Source: Malacoraja senta (taxonomy: Eukaryota). From it: a stretch of DNA of 64,000 bases. The notes under the pieces are model-generated. The model worked only from the letters and a program-made list of their open reading frames with translations, was not told where the DNA came from and did not search any database. This document shows positions 63,667-64,000 of the stretch, in pieces. Position numbers and translations under genes: made by a program. The stretch covers positions 1 through 64,000 of the forward strand of contig JAXLNO010000546.1 in assembly GCA_038087875.1 (NCBI GenBank), read 5' to 3'. How positions within the stretch are numbered: position 1 is the first letter of the stretch; every line of letters begins with the position of its first letter.

Positions 63667-64000
63667 CAAGTCAAGTCACATTTATTTATATAGCACATTT
63701 AAAAAACAACTCTCGTTGGCCAAAGTGCTTTACATTTGTTATAAGAATAGCATAAACAAAATAAACAACAAACATACATACATGTAGCCGTCACTCAGAA
63801 GACGTCAGGAAAGGGTTGGGAGTATACATAAGTCTTTAGTCTTGACTCAAAAGAGTCGATGGAGGGGGCAGTTCTGATGGGAAAGGCGATGCTGTTCAAC
63901 AGTCTAGGGGATGCAACCGCAAAGGCGCGGTCGCCCCTGAGCTTTTGCCAAGACGGTGGAATATTCAGGAACCCCAAGTCGGCCGATCTGAGGGCCTGGA
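63667..64000 (-). mobile_element. L2 LINE 3' end (runs off window)
   Basis: LRGDRAFAVASPRLLNSI..SFESRLKT; same family and (gactt)n tail as 27840-28666. Confidence 0.88.

Overview
Gene-free, transposon-saturated vertebrate DNA; the repeat families (HE1/HER1-like V-SINE, shark-type CR1, Penelope, DIRS1) suggest a cartilaginous fish such as a skate or ray (inference). No host gene, rRNA, tRNA or CRISPR could be supported. 1-15.3 kb: nested stack of a Tc1 and a young DIRS1 inside an older DIRS1, with Penelope fragments carrying hammerhead-ribozyme cores, CR1 and SINE insertions. 15.3-23.3 kb: defective epsilon-like endogenous retrovirus (minus strand) whose Pol has a 2H-phosphoesterase-like domain between protease and RT, a UGA gag-pol junction, an internally deleted env and one LTR. 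23.4-43.9 kb: old DIRS1 whose 5' part is tandemly duplicated, giving filled/empty site pairs for five later insertions, including a full-length DIRS1 with an ATT crossover core. 44-48 kb: old CR1 and SINE-like DNA. 48.8-63.7 kb: a ~15 kb inverted duplication (arms ~6.5 kb, spacer ~1.9 kb). All alignments were done by eye; boundaries may be off by a few bases.
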